Shown one piece after another: positions 1 through 10,229 of a DNA stretch of 64,000 nucleotides. The stretch lies in assembly GCA_963708295.1 (NCBI GenBank), contig CAVPSJ010000015.1:256001-320000 (forward strand). Reading direction: 5' to 3'. The stretch comes from an uncultured delta proteobacterium (GTDB lineage Bacteria; Desulfobacterota; BSN033; UBA1163). The first letter of the stretch is position 1, and each line of letters opens with the position of its first letter. Position numbers and translations under genes: made by a program. A model generated the notes under the pieces. That model was not told where the DNA came from. It did no database searches and was given only the letters and a program-made list of their open reading frames with translations.

Positions 1-28
1 CTGGTCAGCGCAGAAAGGGTAGCTGAAC

Positions 29-100
29 AAAAAAAACCGCCAGCGTTTCGGCCGATGGGGTTAATTGAAAAAGCCCACCAGCCTTTCGGCCGATGGGCTC
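29..100 (-). terminator. Two tandem, mutually similar intrinsic terminators downstream of PEP-CTERM gene
   Basis: Minus strand reads GAGCCCATCGGCCGAAAGGCTGGTGGGCTTTTT then CCCATCGGCCGAAACGCTGGCGGTTTTTTTT: GC hairpins followed by T-runs. Confidence 0.7.
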
Positions 101-185
101 TCCTCTTTCACTTCATTTCTTAAATTTTAAGTTCTAAGTTTTGAATGTTAATTCAACTCGCAACTCAACACTTATAACTCAAAAA

Positions 186-870
186 CTATTTCCTAAATTT
201 TCTCCTCGCAAACCCAGCCAATCCAATCAATCCAGAGCCAAGAAGTAACATGGTGGCGGGCTCCGGGACGACCGAGATCTGGCCGTAGAGGTCCGCCCTA
301 TTCTGCTGACCCTCTGCGGTGATGAACATTAGTAACGATCGTGTCGCTACCCTCAGGCGAGAAGCCCAGCATGCTGAAAATGTACTCTGTGCCTAAGTAG
401 TTGAACGTTGAGTCCAGGAACGGCGACGTGATGGTGACCACATCCGGTGCGGGGTTGGGTGTCTCATTGTGGGTAAAATGAAACAACCCCGTGTTGGGAG
501 CGAGCGCGTCGATGGTCATGCTGAAATTCATATCGATGCTCGTAATTGACGTTCCAGTAATCGGGAAGTTAAGATGGTTAAACGTGCCGAGGCTGAACGG
601 CGTGCCGATTGGTGCGTCGAATGCGACTGCCGGAGTCCAGTTATACCCGCTCTGGCCGAAGCCCGTGGAGGTTCCCCACCGGGCCGTTCTGGGGTTTACG
701 CTATTGTCGATGGTGGCAACAAAGGGTGGCAACGCGTTCTGCCAGGTCCCGTCTATCGCACTGATGGGGATCGCCCCGACAACTGGCGCCAACCCGACGG
801 TCAGACCAAAAACGAGCAGTCCAACAGCAAAACACTTTGTAGCAGCTTTCCAACTCAAATCATGTCTCAT
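186..870 (-). CDS. PEP-CTERM sorting-domain protein (THxN / choice-of-anchor K-like), frameshifted near nt 330
   Basis: Signal peptide; GTFNHLNFPI and FTHNETPN motifs; removing one base near 330 continues as FITAEGQQNRADLYGQISVVPEPATMLLLGSGLIGLAGFARRKFRK* (TAG at 186-188). Confidence 0.85.
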
Positions 871-974
871 AAATACTTCACCTCCTTCCTTTTTTAATTG
901 ATTTCATATCTAATCATAGGTTATTCAAACGAAAATGCTGCCAAATGGTGTCAATTCATACAACTTGTAAAGAG

Positions 975-990
975 AGCAATTTCCATGCCC
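975..990 (-). promoter_or_regulatory. sigma54 (-24/-12) promoter of PEP-CTERM gene
   Basis: Minus strand GGGCATGGAAATTGCT = GG-N10-GC. Confidence 0.75.
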
Positions 991-1086
991 AAAACTATAA
1001 ATCTATACAACTAATTAATATCAATAAATAATTTGCATTATTACTTTTTTAATCTCCTTTAAAAATGGGAATCGGTTTGCTCTTTT

Positions 1087-1359
1087 TTACTGATTCGTTT
1101 CTTTTTTTATATGTAAATCGCTTCCTCTTTTCTCGTGTCCCTGCCTACCGGCAGGCGGGTGAGCGGAATGCATAATATTGATTTGGAATTGGTTCTTGTC
1201 GACATATTCCAAGCAGTCTTTGAGGTTGGAAAAGGAGAGAGTTACGAGGGAATGCCGGGATTCAGAGGATCTCTTGATTAATTTGACCTTCCCATGAAAG
1301 GATTGAATCACCGTACATTTCTCTTTATGGAAGGTATCCGCAACCAAGATCATGAGCAC
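1087..1359 (-). CDS. Small hypothetical protein
   Basis: 90-aa ORF between PEP-CTERM genes; 3' part overlaps a CCTGCCTACCGGCAGGCGGG mini-hairpin; no family recognised. Confidence 0.3.
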   Translation of the reverse strand: MLMILVADTFHKEKCTVIQSFHGKVKLIKRSSESRHSLVTLSFSNLKDCLEYVDKNQFQINIMHSAHPPAGRQGHEKRGSDLHIKKETNQ

Positions 1360-1540
1360 CGCCTGTTACTCGTCAAAAAAAGGATTTAAAAATATCCTTA
1401 CATGAAGGAAAGGGAATGTGAATAGAGTGAATCAATTTTCGATTGGCTGCGTAAGAGCCTGGATAACTCTCTTTGGGTCACCGCCGTTTCCTTGGCAAGG
1501 GTACACAATGAACCAAACCGTACACCCCAGCACCGCACCA

Positions 1541-2299
1541 TTATCTTTTAGAGAACTTTCTCCTTCCATAAGCTGCCAATCCAAGCAGCCCCGAGCCCAG
1601 AAGCACCATTGTGGCTGGTTCAGGAGCGGCAACGGATGCGTCAACGTCATTACCACAGGTCATGGTATATCTGATTGGGGTTCCATCAGGGAAAGTGTAA
1701 CCGGTAGCAGTAAAATCAATAAGAATGTATCCAGCATCGTCCATATCATCTCCTTCTGCCTTGACATAAGTTATTCCTACATCCTTATAGCTATCAATCC
1801 CCGAAGCTGTGACAAGTTCATTGTCTCCGTATGAAGAGTTTGACCAATGGCTAAAATAACTATTTGAAAGTCTTCCACTTGTCGGGAAGAATATTTCACC
1901 CTTTGTGATTCCGTCGCCGAGTTCAGGAGTTAAGGTGTGGTTCCTAAGTGCTACAGCAAGGTTCCAAGACTCACTATGGAAAGTTAGTGGGGAGTAGCCT
2001 GTTGAACCAGAATATGAGAGAAATACGTCCCCGACCTTTATATTCGAGTCAGCCCAACCTGGGGGGTTAGCCCCCAACTTTTTTGAATCCCACGCCACAT
2101 AAATTACAAGACTCTTTGTTGAAAGCCACTCATGACCATAAACTTCGAAGGGTGGATTGCTACCGATAACGTCGCTAGTTCGTTGGCCGTGATTAGAGTC
2201 CAGGGGATGAAGATAGGTATCTGGAATCATGGTTGCGAAACTTGTCCCAACGAATGTCGTAAGAGATAACATGAGCGATATAAAAACTAGCTTTTTCAT
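1541..2299 (-). CDS. PEP-CTERM sorting-domain protein
   Basis: MKKLVFISLML signal peptide; C-terminal MTCGND then APEPATMVLLGSGLLGLAAYGRRKFSKR. Confidence 0.92.
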   Translation of the reverse strand: MKKLVFISLMLSLTTFVGTSFATMIPDTYLHPLDSNHGQRTSDVIGSNPPFEVYGHEWLSTKSLVIYVAWDSKKLGANPPGWADSNIKVGDVFLSYSGSTGYSPLTFHSESWNLAVALRNHTLTPELGDGITKGEIFFPTSGRLSNSYFSHWSNSSYGDNELVTASGIDSYKDVGITYVKAEGDDMDDAGYILIDFTATGYTFPDGTPIRYTMTCGNDVDASVAAPEPATMVLLGSGLLGLAAYGRRKFSKR

Positions 2300-2381
2300 C
2301 AGCTGACTCCTATCTGGTAGTAGGTTGGGTCTTGTTCTCAAACAAGACAGAAAAGAATCTATCTCTCGATAGTTACTTAAA

Positions 2382-2397
2382 TGCAATTCCTATGCCT
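2382..2397 (-). promoter_or_regulatory. sigma54 promoter of PEP-CTERM gene
   Basis: Minus strand AGGCATAGGAATTGCA = GG-N10-GC. Confidence 0.75.
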
Positions 2398-2549
2398 GAA
2401 TATTATTAATTAATAAGGTGTTGTTTTTGTTAACGATTGTTAATTTGACCCATTCTTGATTGCCAAGAAAAAATGAAGTGATTTTCTCTTTATTTCTCTC
2501 TAACTTCCGCTTAGTACAAAAGATTTTTTAGCGGTTGAATGTGCTGCGA

Positions 2550-2779
2550 GAAAGCAGAAAGCAGAAGGCAGGAAGCTGAAAGCTGGGGGCTGAAGGCTCA
2601 ATGCCAAAGGCTCAAGGCTCAATGCCAAAGGCTAAAGCTCAAAGCTGAAAGCAGAAGGCTGAACAGCTCAAGGCTCAAAGCTAAAGGCAGAAGGCAGGAA
2701 AGCTGAAGGCTCAAGGCTGAAAGCTGAAGGCTCCCGCCTAAAGCTAAAGTTCCGAAGCTCAAGGCTCAAAGCTCAAGGA
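2550..2779 (+). repeat. Degenerate heptamer tandem array (GAAAGCT/GAAGGCT/CAAGGCT/CAAAGCT), about 30 units
   Basis: Directly visible 7-nt periodic purine-rich array in an intergenic region. Confidence 0.9.
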
Positions 2780-2872
2780 ACGGGTTGACAGGATATCATG
2801 TACGTGATAGGTTCCTTGTGTACAACCGTCCGAAAGAAATTCCAGCCATTTTTTGTTCGGGAGGAGAGATTC

Positions 2873-3757
2873 ATGGATTCGACGAAGAAACGCGGGATGG
2901 GATGGATTCCGGATTATCCTGATTTCAGGGATTACACCGAGAAGACAGAAGAGATCCATCTGGTCTTAGGATTGAAAGGGGGCCTGAAGGGAGGACTGAA
3001 AGCGAAAGGGACCCCGATTTTCATGGATCTCCGGGAGTGGTGTTCACCCGTCGAGGACCAGGGAAGCCTGGGTTCGTGCACAGCCCAGGCAGGCGCCGGG
3101 GTCATCGAGTATTATGAGAGAAAGTCGTTTGGAAGGCACATCGATGCTTCGAGACTTTTTCTCTATAAGGTCACTCGCAACCTGATGAAGATGAAAGGGG
3201 ATACGGGAGCCTATCTTCGAACGACGATGGGCGCCATGGTGCTCTTCGGGGTGCCCCCGGAGGATTACTGGCCTTATACCGACGACGAAAAAGGGTTTGA
3301 TCAGGAGCCTCCTGCCTTCTGTTATGCCTTCGCCCAGAACTATCAGGCGATCAAATACTTCAGACACGATCCTGCCGGGACGAAAGCCGAAGAGGTCCTG
3401 AAGCAGGTCAAAGCGTATCTTTCAAAAGGCCATCCCGCGATGTTCGGGTTCACGGTTTATAGCTCTATCGATCAGGCAGAAAGCAGCGGGAGGATTCCTT
3501 TCCCGTCCAGCAAAGAAAAGATTGAAGGCGGCCATGCGGTGGTCGCGGTCGGTTATGACGATAAGATGAAGATTAAAAATCAATTCGGAAAGGTTGAGAC
3601 GACCGGAGCGCTCCTGATCAGGAATTCCTGGGGAAAGGCCTGGGGGGAAAAGGGCTACGGATGGTTGCCGTATGAATATGTCTTACGAGGGCTTGCAGAG
3701 GATTTCTGGTCCGTCGTTAAGAAGGAGTGGGTGGATACGGGGCAGTTCAAGGAATAA
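2873..3757 (+). CDS. Papain-like (C1A) cysteine protease
   Basis: DLREWCSPVEDQGSLGSCTA (catalytic Q/C), GGHAVVAVGY (His), IRNSWG (Asn); SD GGAGGAG before ATG 2873. Confidence 0.92.
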   Translation: MDSTKKRGMGWIPDYPDFRDYTEKTEEIHLVLGLKGGLKGGLKAKGTPIFMDLREWCSPVEDQGSLGSCTAQAGAGVIEYYERKSFGRHIDASRLFLYKVTRNLMKMKGDTGAYLRTTMGAMVLFGVPPEDYWPYTDDEKGFDQEPPAFCYAFAQNYQAIKYFRHDPAGTKAEEVLKQVKAYLSKGHPAMFGFTVYSSIDQAESSGRIPFPSSKEKIEGGHAVVAVGYDDKMKIKNQFGKVETTGALLIRNSWGKAWGEKGYGWLPYEYVLRGLAEDFWSVVKKEWVDTGQFKE

Positions 3758-3762
3758 TTTGA

Positions 3763-3886
3763 CAGGCTGCTGAAAAACACCCATCTGCGGCGTTGCCCTC
3801 ACCCTTCGTCGTTGCAGCGTACATCAAAGTACGCCTCACTCTCAGGATTTCGGGGGCCTTGCATCTGGGCATTTTTGAGCAGCCTG
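3763..3886. mobile_element. MITE-like element with 15-bp terminal inverted repeats
   Basis: CAGGCTGCTGAAAAA ... TTTTTGAGCAGCCTG (14/15 match), non-coding interior. Confidence 0.7.
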
Positions 3887-4049
3887 AGAAATGAGACTAT
3901 CAGCAACTCTTGGAGGACGAGCGTTTTTTACCATTAATATACAATGAGCTAATTTCTTGCGTTCTGGACGGCTCTGCGGTGAGAGCGTTATTTTGGACAA
4001 TCATGATATAATGAGACTTCAGAAGTTTGTATCCTCAGGAGGAGCAACA

Positions 4050-6335
4050 ATGAACCTTTCCAGCAAGAGAAGATTGGTTTTTACGGTCATCATCGCTTCC
4101 ATTTTTGTTTTTTCCGGCTTATCGGGTTGTAGCAAGGAAGCCAAAAAGGCGAAGCACTGGAAGCGCGGGGAAAAATATTTTTCGGAGAACAAATTCAAGG
4201 AAGCGATCATCGAATATAAGAACGTGCTTCAACTGGACCCGAAGGACCCGACCTGCCGCTACAAACTGGGGCTTTCTCATTTAAGGACAGGGCAGTTTCG
4301 GGAGGCTTTTACAGAATTTTCGAAAAGCGTCGAATTGAACCAGGATCTGGTCGACGCACGCCTCCAGTTAGGAAACTTCTACCTCATGTCAAGAGACAAC
4401 CGGAAGGCCAGGGAGCAGGCGGAGCGGGTTCTTGAAAAAGATCCGAATAACTCCTCCGGTCATCTCTTAATGAGTTCGGTCTATATGACCGAAAAAGATC
4501 CGGACAAGGCCGTTTCTGAGGCAAAGAAGGCCATCGAAAAAGATCCGAAGAATGTCGACGCCTACCTCCAGTTAGCGAACCTTTACCTCATCAAAAAAGA
4601 TTTGGTCCGGGCAGAGCAGACCTTCAAAGAGGCAACTCAAGTCGATGAGAAATCAGTGAAGGCCCGTTACGCCCTTGCCGAGTTTTATCGGAGAACCGGG
4701 AAAACCGAATTGGCAGAGGCTGAATTCGTGGAGGTCACCAAGATTGCTCCCAAAGAAGCCGGAGCCTACATGACCCTTGGAAACTTTTATGCCTCTGTGA
4801 ACCGGAAGGAGGATGCGGAAAAACAATTCCTGAAAGCGATTGAAATCGATCCCAAAAGAATTCCGTCCTACCTCCATCTGGGAGACTTTTACTTGGCCTC
4901 GGGGAAGAAGGAAAAGGCTGTAGAGACTTACAAAAAAGCGATCGATACCGATTCAAAAAGTATCCCGGCGTTATCGAAGCTGGCCGACGTTTACATCAAC
5001 AATAGGAAATATGAAGACGCATCCAGAGAGATCGGAAAGATCCTTGAGATCAACCCCAAAAGCAACGAGGGGACATTTCTGAAGGGGAGGGTGCATTTAG
5101 CCAAGCGGGAATTCAATGAGGCGATCACCCTTTTCCAACCCTACCTTAAAGATAATCCCAAGTCGTCCACTGGGCACTATTATCTCGGCCTTGCACATCT
5201 CGGGAATAGGGACATCCAGCAGGCGAAAGTCGAATTGGCGGAAGCAGTCAAGCTCAATCCGAACTGGATTGAGGCGAGGCTCACTCTGGCCGACCTCTAC
5301 CTCGGAACGGGAGCAGTGGATCTCGGGATGGAAGAGGCCCGGGCGGTTTTGAAGAGAGATCCCAAATCGGTTCCGGCCCATCTCATTCTTGGGAATGCTT
5401 ACTTCCTTAAAAACGATATCCGGAATGCGGGAAGAGCCTATGAAGAAGTGATTCAAATTGCGCCGAGCAACCCCGTTGGATATTTTCAAGCGGGTCGAGT
5501 CCTTTTGGCGCAAAAAAAGACGAAGGAGGCATTACCCCAGTTTGAGAAAGCCCTGTCCCTTCAGCCCAATTTCTTAGAGGCCCTCAATTTTGTAGTGGCC
5601 ATTTACATGGATCAAAAAGAGAATAAGAAAGCGATCGATCGGATAGAAACACAGATTAAAGCTTCGCCCCAAAATCCCTTTTTCTACAATTTGCTGGGCC
5701 GGGTTTATGAATTCAATAAGGAGTTGACCCAGGCAGAGGCCAATTATAAGAAAGCGATTGAGATGAACCCCAACATTGCGGGTTTTCATAGCTCTTTGGC
5801 CGTTTTCTACATCCGCCAGAACAGGGCGGAGAAGGCCATCGGAGAATACAATGCAGCGCTTCAAAAGGATCCGAATTCTCTTCCGGCGCTGATGGGCTTA
5901 GGAATCATTTATGACACTCAAAAAAAATACGATAAGGCGAAAGAACAGTATCAGAAAGCTTTAAAGATTAATTCCAAATTTGCTCCGGCTGCCAATAACC
6001 TTGCCTATCTCTATGCCGAGAAGGGGGAGAGTATCGACGAAGCCCTCAATTTAGCCCAGAGCGCCAAAGAGCAATTTCCGGACGACCCGCACATCGCGGA
6101 TACCCTGGGATGGGTCTATTACAAGAAGAACGTCTTCACCCTTGCCATTACCTATTTGAAGGAGGCAAGCGAGAAGACTCCAGATGGGTCGATGATCAGG
6201 TACCACTTAGGAATGGCCTACTATAAAAACGGAGATAAGGAACTGGCGAAAAAGGAACTGAGAAAGGCCCTCGAATTGGATCCGAAGTTTTCGGCCGCCG
6301 AGGATGCCAAAGACACCCTGGCGAAATTACAGTAG
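4050..6335 (+). CDS. TPR-repeat lipoprotein, PrsT-like (PEP-CTERM system)
   Basis: Lipobox LSGC; many TPR repeats; C-terminal AANNLAYLYAE...DTLGWVYYK; near PEP-CTERM genes. Confidence 0.85.
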   Translation: MNLSSKRRLVFTVIIASIFVFSGLSGCSKEAKKAKHWKRGEKYFSENKFKEAIIEYKNVLQLDPKDPTCRYKLGLSHLRTGQFREAFTEFSKSVELNQDLVDARLQLGNFYLMSRDNRKAREQAERVLEKDPNNSSGHLLMSSVYMTEKDPDKAVSEAKKAIEKDPKNVDAYLQLANLYLIKKDLVRAEQTFKEATQVDEKSVKARYALAEFYRRTGKTELAEAEFVEVTKIAPKEAGAYMTLGNFYASVNRKEDAEKQFLKAIEIDPKRIPSYLHLGDFYLASGKKEKAVETYKKAIDTDSKSIPALSKLADVYINNRKYEDASREIGKILEINPKSNEGTFLKGRVHLAKREFNEAITLFQPYLKDNPKSSTGHYYLGLAHLGNRDIQQAKVELAEAVKLNPNWIEARLTLADLYLGTGAVDLGMEEARAVLKRDPKSVPAHLILGNAYFLKNDIRNAGRAYEEVIQIAPSNPVGYFQAGRVLLAQKKTKEALPQFEKALSLQPNFLEALNFVVAIYMDQKENKKAIDRIETQIKASPQNPFFYNLLGRVYEFNKELTQAEANYKKAIEMNPNIAGFHSSLAVFYIRQNRAEKAIGEYNAALQKDPNSLPALMGLGIIYDTQKKYDKAKEQYQKALKINSKFAPAANNLAYLYAEKGESIDEALNLAQSAKEQFPDDPHIADTLGWVYYKKNVFTLAITYLKEASEKTPDGSMIRYHLGMAYYKNGDKELAKKELRKALELDPKFSAAEDAKDTLAKLQ

Positions 6336-6363
6336 AGGGCATTCTCGTCCAAGATTAGGATTC

Positions 6364-6440
6364 TCAACGCAGAAGCGCAAAGGACGCAGAGAAACCGGAA
6401 GAAAAATTCCCCTGTGAGATCTCTGCGTTTCAGCGGTGAA
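6364..6440. repeat. Inverted repeat with 9-mer-like ACGCAGAG arms
   Basis: AACGCAGAAGCGCAAAGGACGCAGAG ... CTCTGCGTTTCAGCGGTGAA; same family as 58834-59034. Confidence 0.6.
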
Positions 6441-6582
6441 ACCCGGGTCGCACGGTGTGTCCGGGAGCACCCCGCCATGGGCCCGGGGGATCAAGGGGTG
6501 CATTTTTTTAGCACATTTGAGAAAATTCTTTCCTCTTCGGACCTATTCGAAGCGATTGATCCTGATAAAAAATCTAATTAAA

Positions 6583-6625
6583 TCAAATGATTATAAATAT
6601 TTCGATTATTGGCATTAAAATTGCT
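6583..6625 (+). promoter_or_regulatory. IHF-like site plus sigma54 promoter
   Basis: AATCAAATGATTA (WATCAA-N4-TTR) then TTGGCATTAAAATTGCT at 6609-6625. Confidence 0.7.
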
Positions 6626-6666
6626 CAATACTAGGGTGATAACCGGGTCCAAGAGGTTGTAAACAT

Positions 6667-7596
6667 ATGGAAAAGGATGTTTTTCTTGATTTTTTGAACG
6701 AAATGAGCCCGCCCCCGAAACCCCCTGCAAGCCCTATCAGCAGGGAGAAACCGAACGTGCCCGATCCTAAAGAGAACATCATTCCGAACGAACGGATAGC
6801 CTTCCTCTTGTTTCCGTTTTTTATCGAGCTGATCGATCAATTCAAGGACACCCTGAAAAATCTAAAAAACCTAACAAAGATTTTTCAGGAGAAGTACGGG
6901 GATAGAGAGTACAGCGCTTATCTCAATCGAGTCATTACCGAGGATATCAAGAAAATCGAGTTGGTTCAGAATAGCCTTCTCAATTATATCCGGATTAACA
7001 ATCCGGTGGCGAAAACAAATACCGTCAATACCCTCCTCGAAGAAGAGATAAAAAAGTATGAGGTTGAGCTGGAAGAAAGAAAGATTAGATTGTTTAAAAC
7101 GCTTGAAAATAACCTCTCTGAAACCGCCGTCCCCGACGACCAGCTCAGGTATATCGTGAGCTGCATGCTGCAGTATATTATGGCTTTGATTCCTGTCAGC
7201 GGAAACTTAGGTGTGTTTACCAAGAATGTCGTTCTCCAGAGGGAAATGGGCGAGGGTCGGGAATCAAGGTTTATTGAAATTTTGATTGCCTACACGGGTT
7301 ATAAGAAGCCTGCAGAACAAATCAGGTCGCCCCTGGGAATTCCCGGGCATCAAAAAGAGAAGATTTTGGATCTTGCGTTAAGGTTGGTTGAAGAGATTGT
7401 CCAAAGAAACCGTGGAATCATGAAATTCGAGGAGGACGAAAAGAAAGCGAAGGCCATGATCTCCCTGAGGTTCCCTGTGGAAAGAAGAAAGGTAGTCTAT
7501 TATCAGCAGATGGGGGAAAGTGGTTTCAATGTGCACGAATTTAAAAGTACCTTCGAGAAACTCTCATCCCTTGAAGAGATGAAGAAAGGGGGTTAA
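6667..7596 (+). CDS. Degenerate histidine-kinase-like protein (DHp/HATPase-like, catalytic residues absent)
   Basis: Kinase-like layout (ELIDQFKDTL, LALRLVEEIVQRNRGIM, ISLRFP) but no His in the H-box and no clear N/G boxes. Confidence 0.6.
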   Translation: MEKDVFLDFLNEMSPPPKPPASPISREKPNVPDPKENIIPNERIAFLLFPFFIELIDQFKDTLKNLKNLTKIFQEKYGDREYSAYLNRVITEDIKKIELVQNSLLNYIRINNPVAKTNTVNTLLEEEIKKYEVELEERKIRLFKTLENNLSETAVPDDQLRYIVSCMLQYIMALIPVSGNLGVFTKNVVLQREMGEGRESRFIEILIAYTGYKKPAEQIRSPLGIPGHQKEKILDLALRLVEEIVQRNRGIMKFEEDEKKAKAMISLRFPVERRKVVYYQQMGESGFNVHEFKSTFEKLSSLEEMKKGG

Positions 7597-7994
7597 CCCT
7601 TCTTCCTTCCCATCCCGCCCTTACGTCCACTTTCTTTTCTTTTGCATCCCTCCACATTTTGAGGTATCTTTTTACTCTAACTCGGAACGGAATTCAGTTT
7701 TGAGTGTTGGATTTTAAGTTTTGAATTTAGTAAGGAGTCCATGACAAGGAAGACATAGGTTTCGTGAAATCTCCCCCCTGCCTTCGCCGAAGCGGCTTCG
7801 CGCAGGCAGGTCGCCCCTCTTTGCCAAATCCCGCGAAAAGCGGGACCATTTGTAAAGGGAGGTGAGGAGGGATTTAGTCTTCAGTGTCCACAGGGTTATA
7901 GACTGATTTATAAATTCAAAATTCATTAACTCATCATTCATCACTGATCACTGATTACTGACAACTTTGATTTTTTATTTCTAAGGGGATACCG

Positions 7995-9005
7995 ATGCTG
8001 GTTTTGGCCGTTGAGACATCCTGTGATGATACGGGAGCAGCTGTCCTTCTGGATGGGAGGGAGATTCTCTCGAATGTGGTTTCTTCTCAAACGGCAGTGC
8101 ATCAAAAATATGGAGGGGTTGTCCCCGAACTCGCCTCGAGAAAACATATTGAATCCGTCGTGCCCATCGTGACAGAGGCCCTGGAAGCGGCACGGGTCAC
8201 GCTGAAAGAAATCGACGGCATTGCTGTCACCCAGGGGCCGGGCCTCGTCGGCTCCCTCCTGGTGGGTCTATCGTTTGCTAAATCCATGGCCTTTGCTTCA
8301 GGGATACCCTTCGTCGGAGTCAATCATATTGAAGCGCATCTGTCGGCTATTTTTCTCGAAGAAAAACCCCCGGGGTTTCCTTTCATCGGATTGGTGGTCT
8401 CGGGAGGCCACACGTCTCTCTTTCGCATGGACGGGTTCGGGAAAGTTGTGCGATTAGGGCAAACCCGGGATGACGCAGCCGGGGAGGCGTTTGACAAAGT
8501 GGCCAAACTCTTAGGTCTCGGATATCCGGGAGGGCCGATCATCGACGAACTCTCGAAGACGGGGAATCCCAGGGCGATCCGATTCCCGAGGGCCGCTCTC
8601 TCTAAAGATTCACTAGACTTCAGTTTCAGCGGAGTCAAAACGGCCGTCGTCAACTATATCAAGAAGCATCCGGAGCCTCCGGGAGGCTATTCAAAAGATT
8701 TCATCAAGGATATCGTCTCCAGCTTTCAGGAGGCCGTGGTCGAGGTCCTTGTGAAAAAAACGATTCAGGCCGCTCGACAACAAGGGTTGAAAAAAATCGT
8801 TCTTGCAGGAGGGGTGGCCGCCAATCGGCGTCTCCGGCAGAGGATTCAGGAAGAATCCCTCGATCAGAAATTGAAAATCTATCTTCCTTCCCCCGCTCTC
8901 TGCACGGACAATGCGGCCATGGTGGGGGTGGTCGGATATGAATATCTGAAGCGAGGAATCCGGTCGCCGTTATCCTTAAATGCTTTTTCAAGCATGCCCC
9001 TCTAG
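7995..9005 (+). CDS. tsaD: tRNA N6-adenosine threonylcarbamoyltransferase
   Basis: VLAVETSCDDT, VVPELASRKH, NHIEAH, VSGGHT, DDAAGEAFDK, CTDNAAMV. Confidence 0.97.
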   Translation: MLVLAVETSCDDTGAAVLLDGREILSNVVSSQTAVHQKYGGVVPELASRKHIESVVPIVTEALEAARVTLKEIDGIAVTQGPGLVGSLLVGLSFAKSMAFASGIPFVGVNHIEAHLSAIFLEEKPPGFPFIGLVVSGGHTSLFRMDGFGKVVRLGQTRDDAAGEAFDKVAKLLGLGYPGGPIIDELSKTGNPRAIRFPRAALSKDSLDFSFSGVKTAVVNYIKKHPEPPGGYSKDFIKDIVSSFQEAVVEVLVKKTIQAARQQGLKKIVLAGGVAANRRLRQRIQEESLDQKLKIYLPSPALCTDNAAMVGVVGYEYLKRGIRSPLSLNAFSSMPL

Positions 9006-9149
9006 TGACAAATTGGGGGTTGGGGGATGACAAACCCCAAACTCTTCTCGCTCATTAAATCACTAAGTCATTAAGTAATTAGGTAAGTGAGTCATTGAAT
9101 GACTTAATGACCTAATGACATAGTGACCTTTGAATTTGGTGGCTACGGT

Positions 9150-9980
9150 ATGGTTTCCATCAAACAAGAGCTGAGAGACTACGGCCTCTTCCCCAAGAAA
9201 AGGCTGGGCCAGCATTTCCTGGTCGATCGAAATATCCTCCATAAGGTCATCCAAACCGCCGGGGTCGGAAAAGAGGATGTGATTGTTGAAGTAGGGCCCG
9301 GTCTCGGAGAGATGACCATCGCCCTCGCCCGCTCGGTCAAACGAGTGATCGCTGTCGAGATCGACGCAAGATTGGTGGAGGTCCTAAAAAACAAATTGGC
9401 AGACGTTCCGAATGTGAACGTCGTCAAAAGCGATATTTTGAAAGTGGACTTCGAAGATTTCCTTAGAAAGGAAGGACAGCCGGTCAAAGTGGTTGCGAAT
9501 CTTCCCTACCAGATCTCCACCCCCCTTCTCTTTCGTTTTATCGAAGCGAAAGAGGTTTTTTCCACTTTTACGTTAATGCTTCAGAGAGAGGTTGCAGAGA
9601 GAATGGTGGCCCCGGCAGGTGGAAAAGACTACGGCCCTCTGTCCGTCTTCGTGCAGTTGTTTTTGGACGTCTCCATCCGTTTTTTCATCAAGCCGTCTGC
9701 CTTCTCCCCCTCCCCGAAAGTGGAGTCGGCTGTCGTCCATATGGTCTGGAAAGAAAAACCGATGATCGAAAAGAAAGATGAAGAATGGTTCAGGAGAGTC
9801 GTGAAGGCCTGTTTCGGCTATCGCAGAAAAACACTGCTAAACGCGCTGAAACATTCCAAGGTTTCCCCGCCCGAGTCCCTCGAATCAAGAATGGACAAGG
9901 CCGGAATAGATCCCCAAAGAAGACCGGAGACCCTCGCCATTGAAGAATTCATCCGCCTGGCCGAAGCCTTAAGAGTGTAA
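9150..9980 (+). CDS. rsmA: 16S rRNA (A1518/A1519) dimethyltransferase
   Basis: KKRLGQHFL, EVGPGLG, VANLPYQIS, PKVESAVV, RRKTLLNAL. Confidence 0.96.
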   Translation: MVSIKQELRDYGLFPKKRLGQHFLVDRNILHKVIQTAGVGKEDVIVEVGPGLGEMTIALARSVKRVIAVEIDARLVEVLKNKLADVPNVNVVKSDILKVDFEDFLRKEGQPVKVVANLPYQISTPLLFRFIEAKEVFSTFTLMLQREVAERMVAPAGGKDYGPLSVFVQLFLDVSIRFFIKPSAFSPSPKVESAVVHMVWKEKPMIEKKDEEWFRRVVKACFGYRRKTLLNALKHSKVSPPESLESRMDKAGIDPQRRPETLAIEEFIRLAEALRV

Positions 9981-10229
9981 GTTGAAACGAACGATGGACG
10001 ATAAACAATGAACTATTAACAGATGTCCTGGCCATGATTCGAGTTGGCGGACAATGTCAAGATAACCCTGCTTGGGAACTGCACACACCTACAGTCCTGG
10101 ATTATTCTTAGATTTAGCGATTACTGAATGAAATACGCAGGGAGAAAGACAAAGCCATTTCTGATTCCGTCCCATTTCTCAAAATACTTTTTACACAGGG
10201 AATCACATCACTTAATGCATTCCTTTCAA

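Noticed and set aside
2550-2779. CRISPR array
   Set aside because: Units are 7 nt with no unique spacers, and there are no cas genes in the window
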